A DNA stretch of 64,000 nt, from positions 8,147-72,146 of the forward strand of contig CAYOEG010000002.1 of NCBI GenBank assembly GCA_964403155.1, given 5' to 3'. Below the pieces are notes generated by a model. It had not been told where the DNA came from. It did not search any database and saw only the letters and a program-made list of their open reading frames with translations. Every line of letters starts with the position of its first letter. Within the stretch, counting starts at the first letter, position 1. The translations under genes and the position numbers were made by a program. The stretch is from an uncultured Candidatus Saccharibacteria bacterium. Lineage in GTDB: Bacteria > Patescibacteriota > Dojkabacteria > SC72. This document shows positions 9,535 through 19,996 of this stretch, piece after piece.

Positions 9535-10536
9535 ATGTCAAAACCTTTAAGAAGTATCATTAGGATTTTTTTCTTTGCCCTATTAACTGTAATCGTAGCA
9601 GGAGTAATAATAAAGCTTGATTATTCTAACGCACTCAAAACATCCAATAGTGATAATACAGACAAAGTCACAGTTGAAATACAGTCTGGGGAAACAGTAG
9701 AGCAGATAATACAGTCATTGATTGACCAAGGCTTACTTAAAGAGAAGTGGGCAAACTATGTAAAAATATACGTAAGGCTTAACGATTTAGCATCTAAGCT
9801 TCAAGCTGGTACATACAATATCCCACAGAATTTAAACATAGTTGAACTAATACAAACTTTACAGATGGGTAAAAATCCAGAAACATGGGTTACTGTTTTA
9901 GAAGGATTACGAAAAGATGAGATAGCAGACAAGTTAGTAGCAGAGATAGGTGGAAACTTCTCAAAGGAAACATTCCTAACACTCACAACGGACAAAACTC
10001 TAATCTCTTCTTTTGGTTTAAACGCAGAAATTAAAGATTTGGAAGGCTATCTATTCCCAGACAAGTATGCATTTGGGCAAAACGTAACAGAGGAAGATGC
10101 TATAAAAACCATGGTAGAGAATTTCAAAACGAAGGTTGGTACAACTGACAGCTATCAAACTATTAAGTTAGCGAGTTTAGTTGAGAAGGAAGGTAGAAAG
10201 GCAGAAGACCGTGCCCTAATTGCAGGAATATTTTTAAAAAGATATGAAGAAGGTTGGACACTGGGTGCAGATACAACAATTATGTATTACTTAAAGACAT
10301 GGAAAGAGGCAGACATAACCGCAGCGGACTTAGCAGATAGTAACCCTTACAATACTAGGATTGTCACAGGCTTCCCTCCTACTCCAATCTGCAACCCTGG
10401 ACTCGAATCAATCAACGCTGCTCGTAATCCCGTATCCTCAGACTACTATTACTTCATTAGTGACAAAGAAGGTAATATGCATTATGCTAAAACAGCCGCT
10501 GAGCATCAAAACAATGTCAGTACCTATCTTTATTAG
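9535..10536 (+). CDS. mltG: Endolytic transglycosylase MltG
   Basis: LEGYLFPDKY, LASLVEKE, SNPYNT...GFPPTPICNPG, YYYF. Confidence 0.93.
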   Translation: MSKPLRSIIRIFFFALLTVIVAGVIIKLDYSNALKTSNSDNTDKVTVEIQSGETVEQIIQSLIDQGLLKEKWANYVKIYVRLNDLASKLQAGTYNIPQNLNIVELIQTLQMGKNPETWVTVLEGLRKDEIADKLVAEIGGNFSKETFLTLTTDKTLISSFGLNAEIKDLEGYLFPDKYAFGQNVTEEDAIKTMVENFKTKVGTTDSYQTIKLASLVEKEGRKAEDRALIAGIFLKRYEEGWTLGADTTIMYYLKTWKEADITAADLADSNPYNTRIVTGFPPTPICNPGLESINAARNPVSSDYYYFISDKEGNMHYAKTAAEHQNNVSTYLY

Positions 10537-10557
10537 TTAAATTAAGACGCTGCCCGA

Positions 10558-12024
10558 ATGACTCTTGATATGCAAATAACAGATACAAGTAAAACAGAAA
10601 TGCCACTTGTAGAGATCCCAGAAAAAGAAACTTCCATTGTCGAGACCAGGACTCCAGACAAACCAAAGAAAAAAAGAAAATTGGGATGGTTAATAGCATT
10701 AATCATAGTCCTAATAATTGGTGGTGTAATAGGATTCGCAGTATGGAAAGGTGTATCAATATTTCAAAAGATAGGGTTAAAAATAGATGCAGGCTCATTA
10801 TCAATCACAAATCAGGAGCCAGAATTACAAAAAGATTCATCTGGTAAATATACAAATGCGCTAATAATTGGCATCGATACAAGAGAAAATAGTGGTGGGT
10901 TAAATACAGACACCTTAATAGTATCCTCTTACAACTACGAAACAAACAATATTACAATGATCTCCATACCAAGAGATCTCACTGTAGAGATCGGCGAAGA
11001 TTCTGATTGGTACAACAAGATAAATGCCGTATATGCCTTTACTAAAGAAGATGATGACGAAGAGAAAGGTATCTTAGAGCTCAAAAGAACAATTGAAGAG
11101 CTTACAGGAATGGAGATTCAATACTACGCAATGGTTAACTTTGAAGCATTCACACAAATTGTCGATGCTGTGGGAGGAGTAGATATCAATGTAGAGAATA
11201 GCTTCACGGACTATCAATATCCTTTAGGTAACGGATATCAAACAATCTCTTTCAAAGCTGGAGTTCAAATAATGAACGGAGAAACTGCATTGAAATATGC
11301 AAGATCAAGACATTCATCAGACAACGGAGAAGGTTCTGACTTCATGAGAGCAAGAAGACAACAAAAAGTTATAATGGCAGTAAAAGATAAGATATTAAGC
11401 TCTGAAACTCTTACAAATCCAAAAGCCGTAATGGGAATATTCTCAGCCGTAGCTGATAATATCAAGATTTCCGCATTTACAATTAGTGATATAGAGGCAG
11501 CTTTAAATCTTGCAGAAGATTTTAATGAAAACAATGGAATGTCATACTCTTTTGTACTAGATCCTTCTGCAGGAAATAGTCAATTAGTCGCAAATCTCTC
11601 TACATACAATGCAGATGGCTCCCTCGCATCCTATGTAATCGGTCCAAAACTAGGATTAGGGAAATACACAAATATCAATGAATATGTTGATCATATTCTT
11701 GTAAAGCCCGGGATATACTCAGACGATGCAAATATCTACGTTTACAATACAGGTCTAGGCTCACAAGAAGTCACAGATTTAGTGAAAACATTAAAAGCAG
11801 ACTACCCATACATAAACATCATAAACAAGGGAACTCTCTATTCTGACAAGGAAGGTACATACATCTATTCACATACTGAAAATGAATTTACTGCTACCGT
11901 GGATGAACTTGCAACAAGGTTAGAAATTACTAACAAAGTAAAACCAGAATATGTAACAAACAATTTAAATGGAGAAGATGTTACAATATTACTTGGTAAA
12001 GAAGTTCAGTTAGTAACGGAGTAA
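10558..12024 (+). CDS. LCP (LytR-CpsA-Psr) family phosphotransferase
   Basis: LIIGIDTR, TDTL, SIPRD, KINA, VDAVGGVDI, YARSR, DFMRARRQ. Confidence 0.92.
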   Translation: MTLDMQITDTSKTEMPLVEIPEKETSIVETRTPDKPKKKRKLGWLIALIIVLIIGGVIGFAVWKGVSIFQKIGLKIDAGSLSITNQEPELQKDSSGKYTNALIIGIDTRENSGGLNTDTLIVSSYNYETNNITMISIPRDLTVEIGEDSDWYNKINAVYAFTKEDDDEEKGILELKRTIEELTGMEIQYYAMVNFEAFTQIVDAVGGVDINVENSFTDYQYPLGNGYQTISFKAGVQIMNGETALKYARSRHSSDNGEGSDFMRARRQQKVIMAVKDKILSSETLTNPKAVMGIFSAVADNIKISAFTISDIEAALNLAEDFNENNGMSYSFVLDPSAGNSQLVANLSTYNADGSLASYVIGPKLGLGKYTNINEYVDHILVKPGIYSDDANIYVYNTGLGSQEVTDLVKTLKADYPYINIINKGTLYSDKEGTYIYSHTENEFTATVDELATRLEITNKVKPEYVTNNLNGEDVTILLGKEVQLVTE

Positions 12025-12028
12025 AGAA

Positions 12029-12937
12029 GTGATATACAAACTGTATCATGGTTCATCGCCATATCTGTCCCTTAGGGCTTTAAAACAAGATATTACGAAT
12101 TTTACTGATATTAAATTTCAGGTAATTAATGCAGAAATTCGTGACTCTCAAGAAATATATGACCAGGTTGGAAGTAAATCACTTTTTGAAGCACAGAGAG
12201 GAATAATCATTAAAAGGCTTTACAAAAACAAAGACAAAGATCGACTGATTGAGAGCATCTTAGCCATTATCGAGAAAAACCAATCTCAGGACATAATATA
12301 TTTTTGGGAAGAGGAGAAGATCAGAGTAAATACTAAATATCTAAAGTTTTTCAGCAAAAACTCTGCAGTTGAAGAGTTTGATGAATTAAATAAAAGATCA
12401 TTTGCGACATGGTTAAAAGAAGAACTTGATAACAACGGATTAAAGATGGACCTCCCTCTACAAAAGCTTCTCGCAGAGAAAACTAATTACGATCCTGAAA
12501 GATGTATTAATGAAATAAAGAAACTAAAATTAGATCCAGAATCAGATCTTCGCTATGTTACAGATACTCTAGAAAGAGATATTTGGGCATTGATAGATGC
12601 AATAAATCACAAAGATAGGGCTCAAAGCATGAACATATTAGAAAATCTATACAAACAGAACAACGACCCTAATTACATACTCTCTATGCTTGCAAGAAAT
12701 CTAAGAATCATGACCCTTGCAAAATACCTAAACGAGCAAGGTAAGTCCTTCAAAGAAATTTGTTCAATCCTCAGAATTCCACCATTCACCCTCCCCTCCA
12801 TACTGGATAGTTCTAAAGGCTATGAATGGAAAAATATCCAACAGATATACAAGAAATTGGCCAATCTAGATCAACAAATTAAAACAGGAAAAATTGATGG
12901 GAATCTCGGTTTAACTCTCATATGTCCATACCTATAA
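12029..12937 (+). CDS. holA: DNA polymerase III delta subunit
   Basis: SLF...IIIK, NEIKKL, IWALIDAI, LANLDQQIKTG; close to rpsT. Confidence 0.85.
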   Translation: MIYKLYHGSSPYLSLRALKQDITNFTDIKFQVINAEIRDSQEIYDQVGSKSLFEAQRGIIIKRLYKNKDKDRLIESILAIIEKNQSQDIIYFWEEEKIRVNTKYLKFFSKNSAVEEFDELNKRSFATWLKEELDNNGLKMDLPLQKLLAEKTNYDPERCINEIKKLKLDPESDLRYVTDTLERDIWALIDAINHKDRAQSMNILENLYKQNNDPNYILSMLARNLRIMTLAKYLNEQGKSFKEICSILRIPPFTLPSILDSSKGYEWKNIQQIYKKLANLDQQIKTGKIDGNLGLTLICPYL

Positions 12938-12942
12938 ATCAT

Positions 12943-12971
12943 TTGACACCATTATATTATTAACTTAAACT
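12943..12971 (+). promoter_or_regulatory. Sigma70-type promoter of the 13003 gene
   Basis: TTGACA-17 nt-TAAACT. Confidence 0.65.
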
Positions 12972-13002
12972 GAATAGTGAATATTCATTTACACCTGCCC
13001 TA

Positions 13003-14754
13003 ATGGAAGAAGGAATACGAGTCACGCAAGTGAAAGCAAAATCTAAGAAACTCCAGACGGTCCTTCTTGTCATAACAGGGATTTTAGGACTTGCACTTGT
13101 CGGTACAGCAATCTATTTCTACACCATCAAAGATACCTCTTCTAATACTGACGACTCCCGTACCATAACCTGTGGCTGTTATTATATAGATCCAAAAGTT
13201 AGTACCGAGTGTGGAGATCCAAGAAGAACTTTCAAATTTGAGCTTTCTACAGGCACTAGTACTGATACATGTAAAACAACTTGCTCCACAAGCAATATCT
13301 CTACTAATGATTTAAACAGTAGCACCGAACAAGATCTCTATCAAATATGTCAACTACAAAGTATCGCAGATACAAGCTGTCAATCAATGACAATTAAAGA
13401 TAAGAATGGAAAGATTGTTACGGGCGAAGTAACTTCAGCAGACGAATTAACTATAGAGGCGACATTTGACAAAGAATACACCGATTACAAATTCATCATA
13501 AATAACGAATCTGTAGATCCAGATGTAATAACACCCAATAAGCTAACAATACAAAAGGCTATTAGTGACCTCAGCTCCTCAACTGCTATAAACATAGTTG
13601 CGACTGGTACAACAGAGGATGGGGAGCAGATAAATACCCCTATCTGTAGAAGATTAATAGAGGTAACACAATCAAGTGAAGCAAATGTTACTAATCTCCA
13701 ATTGACATCAAGGCTTGCTAGTGGCGTTACCAAAATTTCTAGCGCCAGGATCGCAACAGGAGAACTCTCCTCAACTTCAGATATATCAGTCAAATTTACA
13801 TTCAGTGATACAGTCTCTGTGCTAACAATGACCAAGGGATTCACCGTAGATAGTACCGCAGGGACAATAGAGATTATAGAGCAAGATCTATACAACACAG
13901 CAAACTTCTCCGAAGGCAGAAGTTTCTCTGATCTTGATACATACAAGAGTAGTATGACAATACAATCCGAAGTCTTCGTTTCTGCTACCTCTATTGGCAA
14001 AGCTTCCACAAGTGTAGACTTCTCAACAACCGAGGAAAAAGAAGACAATGATACAGAAACAACACTATCTAGCTTCTCTGTAACAAATAGTGCTAACCTA
14101 CAATGTGTAGAAAGAGTATCCCCTTCCAATGCAATACAGTACACGATTGTAGTAACGAACAAGAGCACTACATCACAAAAGATCACCAATATAACTGACA
14201 AATTACCTCTTGGATTTGCATATACTGCAAATAGTACAAAAATTAATAGTGTCACAATAACAGATTCTGGATATGTCGCCACAGCTAATGTCGGAGATAC
14301 ACAACAAATAGTATTTGCGAAAACAGATGGGTGGACACTAAGTGCCAATCAATCCCTTACCATAGTATTTGGAGCCACAGCCGGCTCGGAAACACTCTCT
14401 GGAGCAAATAACAACGAAGTTGTTGTTACACCGGAACAAGTTCCTGCGGATCCATCAACACTACGAACATCCAAGAACGTTACCGTTGCCCAAGACTGTG
14501 ACAATGTAACAGAAGAGGAAGAAGAAACACCTAGCACAGGGATGTTCGATAGCATAGTCGCAAAGGTTTTGATAGGTTTAATTATAGTTCTAGCAGGATG
14601 GTTCGTATACAACAAGCCACAAGGGAAGATACTTGTCGAGAAGTTTGTAGATTCTGATCTATACAAAGACACAGAACTTAACACTTGGAAAATATTCAAA
14701 CCAAAGAAATACTTCGAAGAGATTGTCGTTAGAAAAACGCAAAAGAGAAATTAA
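13003..14754 (+). CDS. Ser/Thr-rich surface protein with Cys-rich region, DUF11-like domain and TPSTG sorting-like motif
   Basis: N-terminal TM; IQYTIVVTN...ITDKLPLGFAY DUF11-like; ETPSTG then TM and basic tail. Confidence 0.7.
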   Translation: MEEGIRVTQVKAKSKKLQTVLLVITGILGLALVGTAIYFYTIKDTSSNTDDSRTITCGCYYIDPKVSTECGDPRRTFKFELSTGTSTDTCKTTCSTSNISTNDLNSSTEQDLYQICQLQSIADTSCQSMTIKDKNGKIVTGEVTSADELTIEATFDKEYTDYKFIINNESVDPDVITPNKLTIQKAISDLSSSTAINIVATGTTEDGEQINTPICRRLIEVTQSSEANVTNLQLTSRLASGVTKISSARIATGELSSTSDISVKFTFSDTVSVLTMTKGFTVDSTAGTIEIIEQDLYNTANFSEGRSFSDLDTYKSSMTIQSEVFVSATSIGKASTSVDFSTTEEKEDNDTETTLSSFSVTNSANLQCVERVSPSNAIQYTIVVTNKSTTSQKITNITDKLPLGFAYTANSTKINSVTITDSGYVATANVGDTQQIVFAKTDGWTLSANQSLTIVFGATAGSETLSGANNNEVVVTPEQVPADPSTLRTSKNVTVAQDCDNVTEEEEETPSTGMFDSIVAKVLIGLIIVLAGWFVYNKPQGKILVEKFVDSDLYKDTELNTWKIFKPKKYFEEIVVRKTQKRN

Positions 14755-15161
14755 AGATCCGCAAGTGAGAAATCTAATGCTTTACCATTGTATCCATACG
14801 TTACCTCATCTGAATTTATGAGAAGATAATATCGTTGAGTTGTCAAAAGTTTTTCCAACTTTACCTCGTGTGTTTTTGATCTTACCTTATTAGTCTGATC
14901 CACTCCTACCATTACCAAATTATCCCTATTATCACCATACTGGACAAAACCAACACACTCCTTTTTGGTACTCCATTTAACAATCGCAGTGTATTCCTGC
15001 TCTCCTTTTTCGATAAAAATATTGTAAGGTACACAATCTCGTTTCAAAGAAGCAAAGATATTCGAACCAAAAGTATTTTTTACAAACAATAAAGAGAGGG
15101 AAAGCCCCACTATGAAAATACCAAAAAAACCTGTTATTAAAAAAATCTTAGTTCGCTTCAT
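14751..15161 (-). CDS. Secreted FN3/purple-acid-phosphatase-N-like domain protein
   Basis: AIVKWST...VQYG...THEVKLEKL...YY pattern. Confidence 0.65.
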   Translation of the reverse strand: MKRTKIFLITGFFGIFIVGLSLSLLFVKNTFGSNIFASLKRDCVPYNIFIEKGEQEYTAIVKWSTKKECVGFVQYGDNRDNLVMVGVDQTNKVRSKTHEVKLEKLLTTQRYYLLINSDEVTYGYNGKALDFSLADL

Positions 15162-15564
15162 TACTCTCGATCAAAATATAACTTTCTTTTATAGACGAAT
15201 GCTCTCCATCTGATACACGAATCTTTAACTTGTACTGCCCTTCACTCCCAACAGAAGGGACTCCGTATACTTTTTTTCCATCAACAGACATCCAACTAGG
15301 AGCATTAATCAAAGTAAGTGCCAAATCCTCATCAGAAGTATCACCATCTGAGCACTCCGCAATATATGCGTACTCTTCCCCTACAACACCCACAGCTGTA
15401 GGAGAATTTACAATGTATGGGACATCTACAATGTTACTTTTCCCTAACACTGTCTCTGTATCACTAGTATCCTTGTTTCTCTCCATCAGAATAATTCCTA
15501 CTGTACCAATTATCAAAACAACAAAAACACTGAGAACAACTTTAGCTTTTCTACTAGCATCCAT
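15148..15564 (-). CDS. Membrane-anchored putative Ig (He_PIG-like) domain protein
   Basis: YAY...DGD...APSWMSVD...YGVP...G.Y...IRVSDG. Confidence 0.7.
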   Translation of the reverse strand: MDASRKAKVVLSVFVVLIIGTVGIILMERNKDTSDTETVLGKSNIVDVPYIVNSPTAVGVVGEEYAYIAECSDGDTSDEDLALTLINAPSWMSVDGKKVYGVPSVGSEGQYKLKIRVSDGEHSSIKESYILIESNEAN

Positions 15565-15591
15565 AATACGAGTTTAACACAAAAAAATATG

Positions 15592-15620
15592 TTTACAAAC
15601 AATAGATTTACATATATAAT
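15592..15620 (+). promoter_or_regulatory. Sigma70-type promoter of rpsT
   Basis: TTTACA-17 nt-TATAAT. Confidence 0.65.
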
Positions 15621-15659
15621 ACTCCTAGTTTAAGCAGTTTATATTATCCATTGTAGGAA

Positions 15660-15956
15660 ATGCCAAATTTAAAAACATCAATAAAAGATTTAAGAAAGAA
15701 CAAAAGAAGAGAAGTTGTTAATGACAGATTAAGAGAAAGATCTAAAAAATCTGTTAAGAAATTTAACACACTTCTTTCTGATAACAATATTGATGAAGCA
15801 AAGGCTACATTGAAGCATATATATAAAGTCCTTGACAAAGCAGCTAAGAAAAATGTTATAAAAGATGGTAAGGCAGACAGATTAAAAGGTCGTCTTACTA
15901 AAAAATTAAACACTATTGCCCAAAATAATGTCAAAGCTGCTAACAAGAGCGCTTAA
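15660..15956 (+). CDS. rpsT: 30S ribosomal protein S20
   Basis: MPNLKTSIK...LDKAAKKNVI...KADRLKGRL. Confidence 0.93.
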   Translation: MPNLKTSIKDLRKNKRREVVNDRLRERSKKSVKKFNTLLSDNNIDEAKATLKHIYKVLDKAAKKNVIKDGKADRLKGRLTKKLNTIAQNNVKAANKSA

Positions 15957-16479
15957 AATATCTCTAGCACCAGCAATATTGCTAATTGCGGGGAAATTTC
16001 TTGGTATTTTAGGAACAAGTCTCGCATACAATCTTAATTTTCAAATCAGTAATGATCTTGGAACGAATTTTTCGGTCCAGATATTCTTTCCAGATGCTTC
16101 AATGACTCTCTTTGTAAACTCAATTTCCAATATTGCCATGATTGCCTTCATAGCAATCCCATTAGCGATATTCATAACTAAAACATATCTCTACAATACC
16201 GTTGCTAAGAACCCACGAACCATTATTAAAATGACTCGCTTCAACATACTCAAATGGATAACTAGCAAGGATACCTCTTTTCTTAAAATATTCATCTGGT
16301 GTGCATTCCTTTGGATAGCATGCGGCATAACTATCGCACATACACTACAAGGAAATACATATGAATGGGTCGGAATAATAGCTGGAAGTCTAGCACTCCT
16401 AGCATCTCTGTTTACAATCAAGACATTTGAGATTGAAACTGATAATATATATCCAACAGAACATAACAGATATTACTAA
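15928..16479 (+). CDS. Hypothetical four-TM membrane protein
   Basis: Four hydrophobic segments; ATG 15928 chosen over TTG 15916. Confidence 0.7.
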   Translation: MSKLLTRALKISLAPAILLIAGKFLGILGTSLAYNLNFQISNDLGTNFSVQIFFPDASMTLFVNSISNIAMIAFIAIPLAIFITKTYLYNTVAKNPRTIIKMTRFNILKWITSKDTSFLKIFIWCAFLWIACGITIAHTLQGNTYEWVGIIAGSLALLASLFTIKTFEIETDNIYPTEHNRYY

Positions 16480-16480
16480 G

Positions 16481-17050
16481 ATGGTAAAAGAGAGAACACA
16501 AAAAGCAAAGAATTTCTTTTCTGTAATTGTAGAACCTTTTGCAATGGGCTTACTTGCCCTACTCTTCATAATCCCCACAATCACAGTGATGAATCTTTCT
16601 CCAATTACTAAAAAATTGGAGCAATTAAATGTTTTGGGTGTAAATACTGCATCTTCTGTCTCTGTCACATTGGTTGGTGGTAAACATGAGGTGTTTTCAG
16701 AAGAAGATCTTGTTAAAGTATCGAGCTCAGAATACAACTATGCTGTAAGATTAAGTAAAAGAGCAGCAGACAGTTACTCAAAACCGATATTAGAAATCGA
16801 AAATAAAACATCTGAGGTGCAAGAGATCTCTTTCCTGGGTCAAACAAAAACTTCTACTCAGTCAAATATAAGCCTTCAGATTGATCAAAAAGCATATAGA
16901 CTAGAGGATGACAAAGGATTCACATACCCACATAGTATTTTCTTAGCTCCTACTGAGAAGGTAATTGTATTCCTCTCTGTTGAAAATCTCACAGGTATTC
17001 AGTTCTCAGAAACTTTCGATCTTCAAGTTAAGGTTGTAGAAAACCTTTAA
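16481..17050 (+). CDS. Hypothetical membrane-anchored protein
   Basis: ATG directly after the upstream stop; one TM followed by VLG motif and beta-rich domain. Confidence 0.7.
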   Translation: MVKERTQKAKNFFSVIVEPFAMGLLALLFIIPTITVMNLSPITKKLEQLNVLGVNTASSVSVTLVGGKHEVFSEEDLVKVSSSEYNYAVRLSKRAADSYSKPILEIENKTSEVQEISFLGQTKTSTQSNISLQIDQKAYRLEDDKGFTYPHSIFLAPTEKVIVFLSVENLTGIQFSETFDLQVKVVENL

Positions 17051-17089
17051 AATCTACAAAAATCCCAAGGTATAAGATATAATGCACCT

Positions 17090-18901
17090 ATGCTTGATAA
17101 AATTCGTAACTTTTCAATAATTGCACACATAGATCATGGTAAGTCTACCTTGGCAGATAGGATGCTTGAGGCAACACATACCGATCTTACACATGAGAAG
17201 CGAAAAGAGAGAGTTTTAGATAGATTAGAACTTGAGCAAGAAAAAGGTATAACCATAAAACTTCAGGCATGTACGATGCATTGGAAAGGCTATCAATTAA
17301 ACCTCATTGATACACCAGGGCATGTAGATTTCTCATACGAGGTATCAAGATCATTAGCTGCATGCGAGGCTGCTATTTTACTGGTAGATGCAAGTCAGGG
17401 GATTCAAGCTCAAACACTCTCTAACGCTAGGAAAGCAATAGACTTGGGACTGAAATTAATCCCTGTTTTAAACAAGATAGATCTACCAGGAGTGCATGTA
17501 GAAGAAAGAGAAAATGAAATTGTTGACCTGCTCGGATTTAACAAAGATGAGATCATAAAAGTATCTGGGAAAACAGGAGAGAACGTAGGCAAATTACTAG
17601 ATTCAATAATTGAACACGTCCCTACCCCACAAGGCGATAGCAATACTCCCCTTAAAGCATTAATCTTCGATTCTTTCTACGACGAACACAGAGGAGTTGT
17701 TGTAGCAGTGAGAATTTTCGAGGGACACGTTAAACACGTTCATGGGAAAGCTATATCTTTAAATATTCTTCAAAGACAAGAGAAATTCAAACCTACAGAA
17801 GTGGGAATATTCTCACCAGATTTAGAAGAAACAGGGGTATTAAACACTGGCGAAGTTGGATATATAGCCACTGGATTGAAAGATATCAGCTACTTTACTG
17901 TCGGAGATACTATCTCTGATAAAGATGACACCTCCCCACTCCCTGGCTACAAAGCACCAAAACCAAATATCTTTGCAACATTCTTTCCAATTGATTCAGA
18001 AGACTATGATAACCTTAAAACTGGATTAGCAAAACTTGCGCTTAACGATGCATCACTGACATACACAGATCAGAGATCTAACTTACTTGGATCAGGGTTT
18101 AGATGTGGCTTTCTAGGCCTCCTACATATGGATATCATTCAAGAAAGACTTGAGCGTGAGTATGACGTCAACTTAATAATTACAGCCCCTACAGTTGAGT
18201 ACCAAGTAACAAAGATGACTGGTGAGGAGATAGAGATACAAACTCCACAAGAGATGCCAGACCCATCGTTGATAAAAGAGATTAGAGAACCTTGGGTAAG
18301 GATAGAGCTTCTAACACCAGCACAATATATGGGAGATTTAATGAAGCTATGTCAGTTTCGAAGAGGTCAGTATGTAAATACTAAGTATCTTACACATAGT
18401 AAGAGTGATATGCAGATGAAGGATCAGTACATTGTATTGGAATATGATATGCCATTGGCATCATTGATCTCTAATTTCTTCGATCAGATGAAAAATATAT
18501 CCAGTGGATATGCCTCTATGGAATATGAATTCATTGATTTCTTTCCTGCAGATATTGTCAAAGTTTCAGTATTGGTTAACCATGAGGAGATACCTGCACT
18601 AAGTTTCCTTGATACTAGAGATGGTGCAAGAGCTAAGGCCGTAAAACTTCTCGAAGAGATGAAGAAAGTAATTCCACGACAACAGTTCCCTATTCCACTT
18701 CAAGCAGCAGTAAATTCAAAAGTACTTGCAAGAGAAGATATTAGTGCATTTAGAAAGGATGTTACCTCAAAACTCTACGGTGGAGACTATACAAGAAAAT
18801 TGAAACTACTCCAGAAGCAGAAAAAGGGGAAAGCTAGATTAAAACAGATTGGAAAAGTAAATATACCTCAGGAGGCATTTTTAGCTATACTTAAGACATA
18901 A
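17090..18901 (+). CDS. lepA: Elongation factor 4
   Basis: IRNFSIIAHIDHGKSTLADR, DTPGHVDF, GFRCGFLGLLHM, YGGDYTRK. Confidence 0.98.
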   Translation: MLDKIRNFSIIAHIDHGKSTLADRMLEATHTDLTHEKRKERVLDRLELEQEKGITIKLQACTMHWKGYQLNLIDTPGHVDFSYEVSRSLAACEAAILLVDASQGIQAQTLSNARKAIDLGLKLIPVLNKIDLPGVHVEERENEIVDLLGFNKDEIIKVSGKTGENVGKLLDSIIEHVPTPQGDSNTPLKALIFDSFYDEHRGVVVAVRIFEGHVKHVHGKAISLNILQRQEKFKPTEVGIFSPDLEETGVLNTGEVGYIATGLKDISYFTVGDTISDKDDTSPLPGYKAPKPNIFATFFPIDSEDYDNLKTGLAKLALNDASLTYTDQRSNLLGSGFRCGFLGLLHMDIIQERLEREYDVNLIITAPTVEYQVTKMTGEEIEIQTPQEMPDPSLIKEIREPWVRIELLTPAQYMGDLMKLCQFRRGQYVNTKYLTHSKSDMQMKDQYIVLEYDMPLASLISNFFDQMKNISSGYASMEYEFIDFFPADIVKVSVLVNHEEIPALSFLDTRDGARAKAVKLLEEMKKVIPRQQFPIPLQAAVNSKVLAREDISAFRKDVTSKLYGGDYTRKLKLLQKQKKGKARLKQIGKVNIPQEAFLAILKT

Positions 18902-19938
18902 TGATCAAGAGTATAAAGTTAACCAATTTCAGAAGATTCAAAGATTTAAATATTGAGATATCTAAGGATATTGTTGTATTACACGGGGATAACGCGAAAG
19001 GAAAAAGCACAGTTCTGGAAGCTTTACATCTAGTTACTAATGGTGATTCTCCATGGGCATCTTCTGACGAATTTGTAAGTAATGATCAAGGAGAAGAAGA
19101 TAGGTATGCAAGAGTAGAGATTACGACAGATGAACACACATATGCGTTTTTCAAAAATCATGATAGAAGGATTTGTAAGATTGATAACCAGAACACCACT
19201 CCTAAGAAATTTTTCCAGAGTAATGCTTCTACAATTTTTAATCCTGAACAGATTGAGATTTTAATGATTTCTCCATCACATAGGAGAGATTTTCTTGATG
19301 AAGTTATATGTAAGATCGATTATGAATACAATGATACTTTGGCAAAATTCAGAAAGGTGTTAAGACAGAGGAATGCATATTTAAAGAAGCTAGCTAAGAA
19401 ATTCTATGATCAGGGGATTATTGCACGTAATGATACTCAACTTAATTTCTGGACTAATGAGTTTGTAGAATTAGCAAAGGTTATTCAAAAAAAGAGACTT
19501 GAGTTAATTGAGAAGCTTTCTGATGGGGATTTTAGTATTGAATATGTTAAATCAAATAAGGAAGATATGGATGTTGCAGTAGAAGAAGCGAAGAAGAAGG
19601 ATATTGTTACTGGGTGTTCTAATGTGGGTCCTCAGAGGGATGATTGGGATATTATTGTTGAAAAGAATATTAAGAAGTTTGGGTCTAGGGGTGAGAAGAG
19701 GTTGGCTATCGGTAATTTGATTTTCAGGATTCAGGATGTTTTGAATAATGAGTTAGGGTTCTACCCTATTCTTTTGTTAGATGATATTGCTTCGGAGTTG
19801 GATAAACAGAATACTGGGAAGATTTTTGGCGAGAGGCATATTAGTAAGCAACAGACGTTTATAACGATTGTTAATTATAAAGAATTACCTAAAGAGATTG
19901 TTGAAAAAGCACAGTTGATTGATTTGAATAAGATCTAA
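18901..19938 (+). CDS. recF: DNA replication/repair protein RecF
   Basis: NFRRF, GDNAKGKST, RRDFLD, GPQRDD, GSRGEKR, LLLDDIASELD. Confidence 0.92.
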   Translation: MIKSIKLTNFRRFKDLNIEISKDIVVLHGDNAKGKSTVLEALHLVTNGDSPWASSDEFVSNDQGEEDRYARVEITTDEHTYAFFKNHDRRICKIDNQNTTPKKFFQSNASTIFNPEQIEILMISPSHRRDFLDEVICKIDYEYNDTLAKFRKVLRQRNAYLKKLAKKFYDQGIIARNDTQLNFWTNEFVELAKVIQKKRLELIEKLSDGDFSIEYVKSNKEDMDVAVEEAKKKDIVTGCSNVGPQRDDWDIIVEKNIKKFGSRGEKRLAIGNLIFRIQDVLNNELGFYPILLLDDIASELDKQNTGKIFGERHISKQQTFITIVNYKELPKEIVEKAQLIDLNKI

Positions 19939-19952
19939 GTAATCGAGCACAC

Positions 19953-19987
19953 ATCCATACATGGGCTTTATTCTCCCATGTATGGAT
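19953..19987. terminator. Perfect 13-bp inverted repeat between convergent recF and aspS copy 2 (probable bidirectional terminator)
   Basis: ATCCATACATGGG-ctttattct-CCCATGTATGGAT. Confidence 0.7.
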
Positions 19988-19996
19988 TATTTGGGG

